DNA of 64,000 nt from Antedon mediterranea (Eukaryota; Animalia; Echinodermata), in contig NC_092673.1 of NCBI RefSeq assembly GCF_964355755.1, positions 4,464,001 to 4,528,000 of the forward strand. Reading direction: 5' to 3'. Position numbers and translations under genes: made by a program. The notes under the pieces are model-generated. The model was given only the letters and a program-made list of their open reading frames with translations, ran no database searches and was not told the origin of the DNA. Position 1 is the first letter of the stretch. Every line of letters starts with the position of its first letter. Positions 28,501 to 53,143 of this stretch are shown here, piece by piece.

Positions 28501-29196
28501 TGGATTGACAGCATGCCAACACCATAAGGGTAAATGTATTAATAATTGCAAATATAGTAATAGGCTATAATAACTGTCAACCTTGGTTTCTTATTGTATG
28601 TATCATATATATCAACAATAAATAAATAAGGCAAGATTAGTTTAATTATTCTAACTTCGATTTGTAGATTAAATATACTATTGAAGGTTATATAGCCGTT
28701 ATCCACTGTGACAACGAGAACACGTTTCAGTAAAACGATCAATTAAAAGGCCACTCAAAAAAGACCGATTAAAGCGTTCGTGGCCAAAACCATGGATCTC
28801 CGTTATTTGTTTACGCTTGTAAAAGGCTTTACATGACTGCTGGCCCGAAGCTGGGTTGTCCTGAAGCATTTTCCATTAGAAGAACATTTGTTGGTGCTAT
28901 AAAAAGACAATTGTTTCAATGGATGACACAATATAAAAGAACCATTTGTGCATTATAACAAGGAAAACGAATGAGTTTAAACGCCAAACGCATCGTGAAG
29001 GCCGCTTAATTCGTAATCTAATAGATTCAGTTCGTTACACACGTCACGTCACGTTATTCATAATGTTACCACAAATTGGTATACCTATACATTTAATAAA
29101 CAGGGGAACGTTGAAAATAAAAAAACACAATGCGCAATGTTTGAGTGCTCTACGTTTTACAAAAAAGACAATTTTAAATTTAAAAAATCTCATTCG

Positions 29197-29447
29197 CATT
29201 TGGTTCCCATTTGTACGCAACGCATACGTAATCGCACCGTAAGTAATTTGACTAATCACGACGACCGAGTGGACGCAACGTAATGACGTAATCGCACCGC
29301 GAGTAATTTGACCAATCACGACGTCCGAGTGGACGCAACGTATTGACGTAATCGCACCGAAAGTAATTTGACCAATCACGACGTTCAAATAGACGCAATA
29401 AATAAATAATTGACCGCTTACGACGTCCAGTGAGTGGGAAACATGCT
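29197..29447. mobile_element. Family-B-related MITE with internal 60-bp tandem repeat x3
   Basis: Starts ...tggttcccat, ends gtgggaaacatgct-tta. Units start at 29227, 29287 and 29347 (cgtaatcgcaccg...gaccaatcacgacg). Confidence 0.65.
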
Positions 29448-30292
29448 TTAATAATAGTAATATTTATCTAAATTTTTCTTCTTTTTATCATTATTATATT
29501 TAAAATAATTGTATAAATTTTAAATATAATACTGTAATGATAAAACGAATACTACAATAGATAATTATGTGTGAAACGAAATAAGCAAGTTTAAGGCACA
29601 GAGCCCTTAATAGTAACAAAATATTTTGAGAATTAATTCTGAGAAACAATGAAGATCATGCAAGAGGCCTATTTAGACCTAATATAAGTATAATAAATTA
29701 GAATTTTAACTTAATCGACGTTGGAATTGTCAATCTAAAGTCATCTTATAGTCTTTGATTAATTGTTTTCAACCACATTCTTGTAGCCACACTAACCATA
29801 CAAGACATGGGCCTGTAATTGCCTGGCGTTAATATTGACAACCGGTACACTAATGGAAAATGTAAAGTTCTTTTCCTAAACAATTTGAATGAAGCTTATC
29901 GTGCTAGCGTGTTCGTTTAATAATTGTTTGATTTGAAAGCATTACTAATCCTATAATCAGGCGAGGATATGCTTAATAAACTTTCTAATACCACGAACGA
30001 AGAAATGGAGACAAGAAGCTTGCGCAGTGTACAATTTATTCAGGTACGAATGATTGTTCTTTTCAGATATGCTTTACAAGCACAAGATGGCGCTATTTTA
30101 AGTATCTTCTTCAAAGAAGCAAATATTTATGCATAATTATAAAAAAAATATATTCATGATGATAAATTACTGTAATAACTAATCAAATTGGGACGAAGTT
30201 CTTGTAATAGTTATGGATATTTCTGTTGTTTGTGCTTTGTTTATTCGTGATTGCTATAAGTAACTTAAATATTCACTGTTTTGTCCTCATCT

Positions 30293-30508
30293 GTAGGCCT
30301 ACATTATACGTAGGCCTACATTATACGTAGGCCTACATTATACGTAGGCCTACATTATACGTAGGCCTACATTATACGTAGGCCTACATTATACGTAGGC
30401 CTACATTGTACGTAGGCCTACATTATACGTAGGCCTACATTATACGTAGGCCTACATTATACGTAGGCCTACGTATAATGTAGGCCTACATTATACGTAG
30501 GCCTACAT
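30293..30508. repeat. 17-bp tandem array with palindromic core
   Basis: (gtaggcctacattatac) with 13 GTAGGCCTAC cores. Confidence 0.95.
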
Positions 30509-30654
30509 TCAAGTTTATCAAAAAACGTTCTATATATATATTTTTTTTTAATAGAAAAAAATAAGTACCCGTAGGCCTATATACACACGTCAATTCTAAT
30601 TTATAATAAATGAGCAATAGAATGACATTATGATGTACCTTGTCATTTAGGACA

Positions 30655-30981
30655 AGTAATATAATTCACGATTCCTATCTACTAATTAAATGGGTCGAAG
30701 TTCTTCTTAGAATGACATAATGATGTACCCTCTAAAGTTTTAATATTGGAAGTTATGAAAAGTAATATAATTCACGATTCCTATCTACTAATTAAATGGG
30801 TCAAAGTTCTTCTTAGAATAACATAATGATGTACCGTCTAAAGTTTTAATATTGGAAGTTATGAAAAGTAATATATTTCACGATTCCTATCTACTAATTA
30901 AATGGGTCGAAGTTCTTCTTAGAATGACCTAATGATGTAGGCCTACCGTCTAAAGTTTTAATATAGGAAGTTATGAAAAGT
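30655..30981. repeat. 106-bp tandem repeat x3
   Basis: Units begin agtaatat at 30655, 30761 and 30867. Confidence 0.9.
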
Positions 30982-31542
30982 ATAAATGTTCATAATTTGA
31001 TTTGATTGATTTAAAGGACAACATGAGTGTGTGAAAATGACAATAAGCTGGGTGAAATAAAACCAAACAATAAGAATATTATGACATAAACATACACTAA
31101 TCAACTTATTTCATGTCATTTTTATGTCAATAAAGTTTTATATCAGTTTTTAGTAGATTTTTGATAGATCCTTTGACACTGATCGACATTTAACTGTCTT
31201 TGTTTTTGTAAAAACAACTCGATTTATCTACTTATTTTCTGTCTTCCTCCCTCCAACTTGACCGATATTTAATGTTGCACTTACCATATATGTAAATACT
31301 GTAGTTATCTTGTAAAGATATAGAATGGATATATAGGTTCATGGTTATAGTACTTGGTAGGTATTGTACTTTTAAGTAGAGTAGATATTTTGCCCGAACA
31401 TGACATCATCATGTCCACATAATGTGCACATCACATTTTTTTTGTCGCATAAAGTTTGGTAGTGGAGACAGAGCTTTAGGTGATACAATTGATATTTTAA
31501 TTTAAAAGAAGTGAATTATGTCATAAGATGGTTATTGCGTTT

Positions 31543-31617
31543 GCGTTGAACGCGTTGGCATTGAACGCGTTTGCATTTAACGCGTTTTCACTGAACGCGT
31601 ATTCATTGAACGCGTTA
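31543..31617. repeat. 15-bp tandem repeat with AACGCGT core x5
   Basis: ttgaacgcgttggca-like units. Confidence 0.8.
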
Positions 31618-31866
31618 TGCAAATTCATCAGAATTCCGAGCGTGTAATTTTTCCAAAAATATAATAAAAATAAATTGTTGATGTAGTTTTCGACTTAATA
31701 TAAAAGAGGATATCTGATGTAACTGGTCTCTTCGGTATAGTGTCAAGCAACAATAAACATCCCTGCAGTTTCTTGGCTGGCGACATAACTTTTTCCAACT
31801 AGGCCCCCAATGTTGTGCAACACCGTTGTAATTTGCACGATCAGGAATCATCAGGCACCATCAGTA

Positions 31867-32218
31867 AGCTTGGTTCCCACTAGAACGTAACGCAAGGACG
31901 TAAACGCAAGGCAAGCGTTTTAACCAATGACAAGCGACGTTATAGACAGTTAAGCTTGGTTCTCACTAGAACGTAACGCAAAGACGTAAATGCAACGCAA
32001 GCGTTTTAACCAATGGCAAGCGAAGTTTAGCAATCACAAGCGAATAAGCCTTCGCTTGTGATTGGTCAGTTCACTTGCGTTGCGTTACGTCGTTGTGTTG
32101 CGTCGCTAGTGGGAACCACGCTTTAGCAATCACAAGCGAATAAGCCATCGCTTGTGATTGGTCAATTCACTTGCGTTGCGTTACGTCCTTGTGTTGCGTA
32201 GCCAGTGGGAACCACGCA
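31867..32218. mobile_element. MITE family B with a second copy nested inside (31953-32122)
   Basis: The inner copy is flanked by TTA/TTA and interrupts gacag-tta-gcaatc, which is intact in the copy at 33061-33080. Confidence 0.88.
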
Positions 32219-32988
32219 TACATACAAAACATGAAGCAATAAAAACAATAAAAATATTTTTGATTGATTAATTGATGGGGGTGTGGGGGATAGACCGTTC
32301 ATGATAAAAACGAATTAGCATGGACAATATTTATTTTAGTAGGATGGACAATATCCGATCTGAGCTTATGAATCATATTGTAAAGGAAGTTATGTATAAG
32401 AAGCGTAATTGGTATAAAGTGATATTAATGAGTTCGTGAACAGATAGAGGGGAATGGCACCAAAGGTTACGTTTAACACGTGCACTGTGTATAATGTTTC
32501 AATATATGTGTTTTAAGTAAAGTTCATATCAATTAAACTTCGTATTGTACATGCTTACAACATTTCTTCTTTTTTTCAAATAGCTTATCGTCGAGGATGT
32601 TCAACTTCTTGATGGATGACGTCATCATCATCATCACTCCACAAAGTATCTATATTTCTCCATTTGTATTTATTTCTTGATTTCTGAGGAGAAAACAAAT
32701 CTCTACAAACATATAATCAGGTCATTCATAAAGCTGGTTCACACTAGGACGTAACGCAAGGACGTAAACGCAACGCAAGCGTGTTGACCAATGACAAGCG
32801 ACAGTTCGAATAATTAATCGCTTGTGATTGGTCAACTAACTTTACGTTGCGTTACGTCCTTGTGTTACGTCTCAGTGAGAACCACGCTTTAATAAAAGAA
32901 AGAAAAGAAAGATAAATGTGTGTCTATTATTTCTACAAAAAAATTAAATCTGTCGTCGTTTATTCTCTCATCTATGTTCCCCAGGTAA

Positions 32989-33669
32989 AGCCTGGTTCCC
33001 ACTAGAACGTAACGCAAGGACGTAAACGCAACGCAATCGTTTTAACCAATGACAAGCGAAGTTATAGACAGTTAGCAATCACAAGCGAATAAGCCATCGC
33101 TTGTGATTGGTCAATTAACTTGCGTTGCGTTACGTCCTTGTGTTGCGTCGCTAGTGGGAACCACGTTTTATAAGCGATGGATTATTCGAACTGTCACTTG
33201 TCATTGGTCAACATGCTTGCGTTGCGTTTACGTCCTTGCGTTACGTTATAGTGGGAACCAATCTAAAGCTTGGTTCCTACTAGAACGTAACGCAAGGACG
33301 TAAACGCAACGTAAGCGTTTTAACCAATGACAAGCGAAGTTATAGACAGTTAGCAATCACAAGCGAATAAACCATCGCTTGTGATTGGTCAATTCACTTG
33401 CGTTGCGTTACATCCTTGCGTTGCATCGCTAGTGGGAACCACGCTTTAAGGACGTACGTATACGCAACGCAAGCAAGTTGACCAATGACAACATTCGAAT
33501 AATCAATCGCTTGTGATCAGTAAAGTGAGCTTATTCGCTTGTGATTTCCAACTGTCTATAACTTCACTTGTCTTTGGTTAAAACGCTTGCGTTGCGTTTA
33601 CGTCCTTGCGTTACGTTCTAGTGGGAACCAAGCTTTACGTTGCACTTGCGCCTTTGCGTTGCGTCTCAT
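32989..33669. mobile_element. Cluster of 4-5 complete and partial family B MITEs
   Basis: Repeated TIRs (ggttcccactagaacgtaacgcaagg and its reverse complement) in both orientations. Confidence 0.85.
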
Positions 33670-34558
33670 TCCGGGTTTAGATGCCGTATCTCCGTATCTG
33701 TGTCTGTACATTAAACCTCTTTTTACTATTTCATTTTCAAACAATGATATTGTATAGTCTTACCCATGATTTCATTTCTTTCAATATGTGTACATTATAG
33801 GCCTACAACTATACAAAAAATAGATCACACAACGAAGCCTAAATTTTAATTGAGTACATGAAATAATAACAAAGTTTTAACCTGTCAGGGTTCTAAATCG
33901 GCTCGTTTGAACATGCAATTTACGATGTACCTTTGTACCGGTTGAAGAGTTCACAGAGTAAAACACATCATGATGACGATGAGATTGGAATTTACAAGCA
34001 CTTTGGGACAAGACAATCTGTTGACAACCTCCCAAAACAGGGGTAACACCGTTGATCACGTGAGGGCCATTAGCGAGGATGAGTCAGCCGATTGGTATTA
34101 CAGAAGACCTGGTAGGCCCTATTCCTCAAACCAGAAAATTGACCTCTTTATTTATAAGTATTGAAAAGGTGTTTATGTTTTATGTATTACAAATTAGAAA
34201 CCAAATGATGGTGGAAATAGTGGTTATACTAAAATAAATAGGGAGTCTCCCGTGAGACGCGGTAAGGTTTAAATCGTGACTGTACAGTACAGTCACGTGG
34301 GTATGGACATGACGTCACAACCGTCACATGATTGCATATAATAATAATTATAGTAAATTAATTACAGCGTAATTAGATAGTAACACTGCCTCGCTACCCG
34401 TAAATAGTTATTAACTCATCGTTATGATATTTACTGCAATATTTATTGTTATGTTTATCTAACTTATGTTAGTGAAATGGAATTTAAGATGATTTGTGTA
34501 GCCTACATGGTATTGGCATGTTGATTTTCTTGTACTTAATGTAATGTACTTTCTATCT

Positions 34559-34728
34559 ATATATAGGCCTACTTTCTTTATGTACTGTTTTGATAGTTTT
34601 CCACCGTTGCCTCTTATGCTAATGTTTGATGTTTTAGTGTACTTTTTATTCAGTATTTTTGTAAATGCAATACTTTCAGCTTCTGCTGCTTTGTGTATAT
34701 ATATGTTTTTTTATACCGAAATGAAATA
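34559..34728 (+). mobile_element. Short 5'-truncated retroposon 3' end
   Basis: 16-bp direct repeat AATGTACTTTCTATCT at 34543-34558 and 34729-34744. The T-rich body ends gaaatgaaataaa. Confidence 0.6.
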
Positions 34729-37700
34729 AATGTACTTTCTATCTGTTCTTTCTATACAATCTTGTGTGTAGTAAAATTGGTCTATAATTAGTGACAGAGA
34801 TTAAGATGACGAATTTTCCATTTTATACAAAATATTATGAAAAAATGCAGGTCTATGTTTGATTTAAACATTATCACTTTCTAACAAATAACAAATAAAT
34901 AGGAAAATTACAACTTAGTTTGATGAAGCTTAGAAAAAAGAAGATCCAAAATTAATTTAAATCTATTGTGCGTGACATTGACTGGAGATTGGGTGAATGG
35001 TGGGAGGGAAAATTAAAATAAAAAGAATTGCAGAGCTAAAAGGTATGTTTATTATTTGCAATTTCACATTATTTAGTAGTATACTTATGAAACGCCATAT
35101 GTGCCAAAATATTTATTATATTATTCATATTTCATAGTCTATGAGATTAATTAATTTCTAAAACCATTAAAATAACCACTGTGCAATAGTTGCTGTTACA
35201 CTGTATTTTCAAAATTGTAAAACTATTCATTCGAACAGTTGTCATGTTGCTACTACTGTATTCAAATTGTTAAAGTTATATATTCTATGTTTTAACGAGA
35301 GGATCCCAACCGTCATAACGTTGTCAAAAGCGTTGACGTATAAGCTCCCTCACGAATTATGGCATACTTGAACTTATATTTGAAACTTTAGCAACATATT
35401 TGTCCATTTTAATTGTCTCGTTACTAATGGATTCCAGATAGGGACGACAACGGATGATCCTTGAGTCTCTCACCTAAGGCAAACGTTACAATTTAGACAC
35501 TTAACGGACACTTTATACCCAATTAGAACAGCACGTTTAGGTAGTTGACAACGGGCCTTCTCGTGCTTGTTAGCCTGCCCAGGCGTAATGAGTCGCATCG
35601 TAAATGACAAGGAATATCAGCGCTAATATCCTAAAAGCACGTCCTCAACGAGACACAACGTGGCGGATTACAAGTTTATATTTTCGCGAGCAATTTCGCT
35701 AATACGCGCTAACGACTTACTTGACAGAATGCTTAAAAGTGTTCGGTGGAATGACTTGCGAACAACGTAAATATACAAAATCCGTACATTATCTCGCATT
35801 ACTTTCTGCAAATCATTTCAAATCCACAAAGTTTGATGTGTTCTGCAAACAATTAACGAAAGCGATTTAATTTAATATCTTTAATAGGCCCTTACTTCGA
35901 AAATAGAAACTTGTATTTTTTTTCAGTAAACACTGTTAATGTGTAAAATCCATTCATTTAACAATATGGCAAAGTGATATTAAACGGTAAAATATTTATT
36001 CAACAAACACAGTAGGTCATATAGTCATCAGTGTAATTACGGTGTTGATTTTTATAGACATGATATCAACCAAATAAGGAGAAGATTAAAAGGAAGTCTG
36101 CGTTCAATAAACATGGAACATCTTGAAATTATAATTCACTTTTTCCTATACGTGACTGTTACTGCTATTTTTGTTAACAGTCTCTCGCTATATCGTTTTT
36201 CTTCGACGTTAACCTATATCGTTTTTCTTCGCCGTCAACCATTATTTATTGACTGCAACAATACTTGGTTAAGTAAATATATACAAAAGCAAGAGTGTAG
36301 AGAGAATATTTGTTTGTATAAACTTTAAAGAAGATGAAAAGACAATTGTATTTTTTTCATTGCTCAAGAATATCTATTTATTTACTTACAAACAATTAGA
36401 AGGCAATAAACCATTCTTCTGGTCAATTGAATCTGTATCGCGAATGTTAATTAAGCGTGGTTCCCACTAGAGACGCAACGCAAAGGACGTACGCGCAACG
36501 CAAACGAGTTGACCAATGACAAGCCGAAGCCACTGTTTGAATAATCCATCGCTTGTTATTGGTCAAATCACTTACGTTTTGTTACGCCCCTGCGTTGCGT
36601 CGCTAGTGGGAACCAAGCCTTAGGCCTACCCGTTGAATATTTAACTCATTAACGATTATTTGTGAAGCAGTAAAGTAAGTAAGCACTAGTGATGTGTCTA
36701 TTTACCCGCATCATTCATTCATTAAAACGACGCGGCTTGTGTCTGTCTAATGACCGTGATTACAATTACGGAGATATTTAAATTACCTTTAACAAGAGTT
36801 TACCGAGATCTATCTTTCGGCACAACCGGTTATATATACAATAAATCATACTCAATATTTTAGTGTGCGGAACTGATTTAATAAAAGTGTTGTTTCTGTC
36901 AAAATTGCGTTTTTACTTTAATTTCCTCTCGACTTAAAATAAAGGATGTGTGGATGACTTTGATGCTCGGGCAACCGAGTGTATCGCCTGGGTGAGGGGC
37001 TCAGAATGGCGTGCAAAGTAAATGGGTAAAGCGGAGAGAAAATGATTGATGGCTTGGGTTGATATCAACACCAAATTCAGTTCAAACGACATGCTTTTAA
37101 ACGGTTTCAGAGGTTTTAGGTTAGCTGATCAGGTGGAAGGAGCATTGTCAGCATGGAGTGGTTTGATGTCACGTTGAATTCACTAGAAATTACAAAGAAA
37201 GATGGGAATTTTGAATTTGATAAATAATTAAATAAATATATTTAGGGAGACAATATTGGCGGAAATATGCAGAGGTGTGTATGAGAGCGGAAAGAAATAT
37301 CAATAGTTGGTCAACTCCACATTGCAAAATGTTCCACAGGCCCGGAATCTACTTAAAACCCAACCCCACACTGTCCGATTATCAGCACTTCATGTTTGTA
37401 TAATTAGGCAACTTCGTAAAATTTGGTCTCCACTCCAATATCAGAAATAATTGTTGAAATACTATAAAAATAGTTCTTATCTAATCACTTATAATAAGTG
37501 GTAATACATTGGCCTTACAAAGGATTTGCAAATTAAATTGGATGGCCTGTTTAAATGTCGTGTAACAATTTAGCCCTACTCAATGATCCATATAAACCAC
37601 TCAATCAGTTAATTATAATATAGCAAATGAGATATAAAAGCTGCTGTTAGCGGTCTTAATTTAGTTAGTACCTTCCACGGAAGCACGATTTATACACAAT

Positions 37701-38513
37701 TAGTTCCATTATAAAATAAATCTACACAGTTAATAATTAGAATATGAATTTAAAAGTTTAGACCTATTATTACTACGGCTTATTATCGCACACGTTCTAC
37801 AGTTTCCGAATTAATGTGTTTGTCGTCCTCTATATATAATTTATTAACGAACTTTTGACCAATGACTGTCGTGAGAATTCTGACGTCATTTTTCGCGGCA
37901 GCAGCAGTGTGTGAGAGAGATCTGACGGCGCGGAGAGATGTTGTCTGCATGATAAAAAAGAGGATGTCAAAATACAAACAAACTACGATTAGGCCTAGGC
38001 CTAAGCTTAATAATTTTGTTAATTGTCACCGAAAAATGTCAGGTTATTATGAAGGAATTGTTGCATCGGTATTTTTACTTTTACTTTTCAATTTATATGT
38101 AGGAGGCCTCTACGCTAGGCCTAGCTAGTTGGTAGCCTAGACTACTACTAGCTAGGCCTAGGCCTAGGCCTAGTAGGCCGTAGCTACTACTAGGCTAGGC
38201 CTAGCTAGAGTAGGCCTAGTACGCGCCCTAATAGGCCTCCTAGCGTAGTTAGCTGGTTTACCTACCTATCTAGGCTACCTATGTAGGCCTAGACTAGCAT
38301 AGCCATAGATAGGCTACCTAGTTAGTAGCAGTAGTACTAGGCCTAGCAAAAGGCTAGTAGCCTAGGGCCATTCTTTCCCTTTTACCAGCCTGGTGGTGGA
38401 GTCGAGTAGGCAAGCCTACCTAACTAATAAAACCTCTAGCTAGCTAGCCTACCTATTCCATCCTAAGACCAGTGGTGTATGTGCTGTTCCTAATCTCCCC
38501 ATTTTTTTGTTAG

Positions 38514-40338
38514 AAATTAAAATCACCCAGAAGGTGGTCATCATCTCAAACAAGTGATTCAAGTTCAAATTCAAGCTTACACAGTGATGTTGGGACAGAT
38601 CAAGTGAGTAGAATAGGTGCACTAGCCTAGATAGTAATAACAGTAGTAAGCCTACTGTCTAGATCTACAATACATTGTGTATGATGATATGATGAAACTA
38701 TACCTAGGCCTAGGCTAGTCCTACTATTTTAGGCTAGCTGGAGATCTAGTACTAGCCTAGGCCTTATTCTGAATAAACCATATTATAATACGCCACTAAG
38801 TTTATTACTATTCTACAGTAGTGGTGATACATACTTAAACCACTGACCTGTACAATAAAAGCAAAAGTACCAAGTTTAATTCAAACACAGAGGGCTCTCT
38901 TTTAATTTTTGAGTGTTGAAAACTATTTTAATAGTTTAATATTATCATCATCATAACAGTTTTCAACAACACTCATAAATGTGTTTGTGTTAGTAGCTTT
39001 TTAAAGCTATATAATTTTAATCATTCTATCTATCTAGGCAATTAGTTCATCCATTGTTGAATGAAGCCCTCCTCATAACATTTCTATTTCTGTCTAATTC
39101 TTGCTGTCCTAGTCCATGCAGCCGTTCCAATGTATGTTGTTAGATCATCTCTCCACCTTCTTTTTTGTCTTCCTCTTTTCCTCTTTCCTACCCTTGGTTG
39201 CCATTCTGTTAATCTGTATGTCCATCTATTATCTTGAAATCTCGCCACATGCCCAGCCCATCTCCATTTTGAGTGTCTTACTTTCTCCATTATATCTGTA
39301 ACACCTGTCTTTTTTCTTATGATTGTATGATTTACCCTGTCTCGAAGCGATAAGTTCATCATCTTCCTTTCCATTGCTCTTTGAGTAGTTGTAAGTTTCT
39401 GTTCAAGTTCCTTTGTTATTGCCCATGTCTCTGAACCATATGTCATACTTGATAGCACACATTGGTTAAATAATTTCTTTCTCAGTGACATTGGTATACT
39501 CTTGTCAGTCAACATGTGTTTGTGTCTGCCAAAATTCATCCATCCTGCTTTTATTCTTAACATAACTTCTTCCTTCGTGGTGTCTTCCATTTTCAGTGTT
39601 TGTCCTAGATATTTATATTCTTCCACTTTTTCTAGTTTCCGGCCCTCTATTTCAATGTCTTCCTGTGTGTCAAAGTTAGTCATGTATTTTGTTTTGTCTT
39701 TGTGCATAGTTAGTCCGATTGATTTACTCTCCTTAATCATTGAATGTTATCAAATATTATTTGATGTTTTTCCAAACTTTAGAAAGAAACTCCATCAAAA
39801 TCACTTGACGTCTATGAATTTGTTGCATCACCACCAAAGCATACAAATAAAAAACTGAAGCATGTTATCAACAAACCTAAGCTTGAATTTAAGGTACATT
39901 AACTCTTCATTTTAATCAATGAACAATTATGTAATGGTTATATGATTGAAGAATCTATGAAATCTTATTGTTGTTTACGATAAAGTAATAAATGACAACT
40001 GTGTTATCAATAATTTGCTGTCCTGCCTCAAGTCCATGAACATTTCTGGTTAATAAGGATGAGAGAAGGAAAATATATTCCTAACAAGAGATTACATTGT
40101 AAAAACTGTTCTGCAGGTTGGAATGACAGAGTTACATCCCCATATCTTGGGAAATCTCTTTGTAAATGTGAGGTATTTTATACATATACGTCTTCAACAG
40201 TTTCTTATATGTAAAATGAAAAAAAAAATATTCATATAGAAATCAGTCAAGAAGAAGATGATACAAGACATACTTGAAATCAATGAAGAGGTTAAGATGT
40301 TAAAAAAGGGAAATAAAGAGACGGAATCAGAAAGAGAG
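38514..40338 (+). pseudogene. Cryptic spliced coding remnants, possibly a decayed DNA-transposon transposase
   Basis: Three open phase-0 AG/GT-bounded exons (38514-38603, 39783-39893, 40240-40338) plus a frameshifted Cys-rich segment at ~40000-40172. Confidence 0.4.
39026..39732 (-). mobile_element. 5'-truncated RTE-clade LINE (RT C-terminal part)
   Basis: ORF with YKYLG, MTYGSETW and KWRWAGHVAR...RGRQKRRWRDD, (TAGA)n tail, and 9-bp TSD TTAATCATT at 39017-39025 and 39733-39741. A premature TAG precedes the in-frame tail KCYEEGFIQQWMN*. Confidence 0.92.
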
Positions 40339-41273
40339 GTAAGAAATTATGACAAACTGATATTAACTCCTGTATTATTTATTGTTTCGTAAAATAAAGA
40401 AACAGTATTGTATTAACAGCTTGTAAAGAGTATTAAAACGTGCGCTGAAATACTGATATTTACAAAAAACACTGAGATAAATCAATGGTAAACAAACATT
40501 CAAAATAAAGTGCTTGACTTTTTCTAATTATATTGATAGGACTAATACTCAATAATTTTATATTCATTGCAGTATATAAAATTGCAATATTTCATTATCA
40601 TATTTTACCTAAAGTGCATAACTATGAGTTATGATTATTATATTATTATATTATAATATTCTAAAGCAAGCTGTGATATGGAATTTTCTATATTACTAAT
40701 AATACTATTAGTTTAAGTATTAGTTTTGTACTATTTATCCCAAACACTCTGCTTATCTATTAATTTCATTTTACCAAACTATTGAAGAATTTTAAAGTAA
40801 GTTTATGATCAATACAATTGTACTTAATTACATATTAATATAGCATGATCAGTGCAAACGCGATGTAATCAGTATGGTTTAATTAAAACTTATGAACATA
40901 TAGATGACAAATGATAATGGATGACCTGTAACAAAAATATCACTACACTAAATGGCTATGGAATTACAATTTTATCTTCTATAAGACTTAAGGTACTTTC
41001 ACACACAATACGATATTCCATTATTTAACAAAACGCTGCTGTCGTGAAACAACATGTGTAAATGTACCTTTACAAACTATTTTACAATAATACATTTTAT
41101 ATATAAAGTTACAATAAAGGAAAAAATAAAAATAAATTATTAATTAGTACATTGCCCACAAATGTAGAATAGTTTGCCAAAATTAAGATACCAAAAACAA
41201 GTAGACTTGCACCATGAATTACAGACTAGGTATTTATAGAATGAAGTGCAATAACCTCATATTAGGAGTTGCT

Positions 41274-52220
<10,947 letters not shown>

Positions 52221-52930
52221 TTTGTATGATGAATTAAGTAAAAAATCTTATAAAAAGAGAATTCTTCCAAACAAAACCAGCTCAACAAAAGTACAAACCG
52301 ATGATTCAAATTTATTGAGACCAGCAGTTGAATCTCCCACTTTAAATCAAATTGACCAATCACAATTGGTATAGGTTATCTTAGATGCATGGTGGGATAG
52401 CAAGATGGCAGCTTACTGAAGGCGGATTGACATCGTCGATAGATTTTAGCCTAAAATAAATCATTAAAATTATAATATTTCCACTTAATTTTAGACTACA
52501 AATTTATAGTGTTAATTTACGGTAGGTTTCTTTTTTCAAGCCATGGTATAAATTTAGTGTTATTCAATACTGTAAGTATATTGTATGTGAATATAAATCA
52601 AGGCTAGGCCTAGCCTAGCTAGGCCTACTACTAGCTAGGGTAGGCGGTGTACATCGTGTTCGGCCGCAAACGGTTTCGGCCGCAATGTTTTGAATGCCCA
52701 TATAAGGCGCTATGTATGGAGCGCCAACTATGCATCAACTTCCGTTTGTTCTGCTGGTCTTTTCATTGGGTTATTCCATTCTAAAAATGTGGGTGCATTC
52801 TAACGTGATCGATCGAAATTGACCGACATAAAATGTACGGCGTATTATCATATTACTTTCTGTGATATAAGTATTATTTAGAATGCTGTGGTGTGGATAT
52901 ATTTATTCGGTTTTCGGGTAGGCTAGGCCC
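52221..52930. promoter_or_regulatory. Probable bidirectional promoter shared by KIF11 and XPNPEP1
   Basis: Head-to-head ATGs are ~1.7 kb apart. The region has a CCAAT box (~52356), YY1-like CAAGATGGC (~52401), ETS-like ACTTCCG (~52737) and locally raised CpG. The XPNPEP1 ATG sits just after a splice acceptor, implying an upstream non-coding exon here. Confidence 0.6.
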
Positions 52931-53143
52931 AAATATCGGGTTATTGTTGAGACAATAATGTTGAAGTGACCCATCTGTCTTGTACCCTGGATATAGGAAT
53001 ATACTGTATATATATAGGATATATTAATCAACTCTAAATTGTATTATATGATAATGATTGTGAAAAAATTAAATAAGTAAGACTAATAATAAGATTGGAA
53101 TATTATAATAAGATTAACAAAAGATGTATTAACTATTAATTAA

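Noticed and set aside
33877-34164. Short ORFs in a locally GC-richer patch
   Set aside because: No recognisable motif or convincing splice structure.
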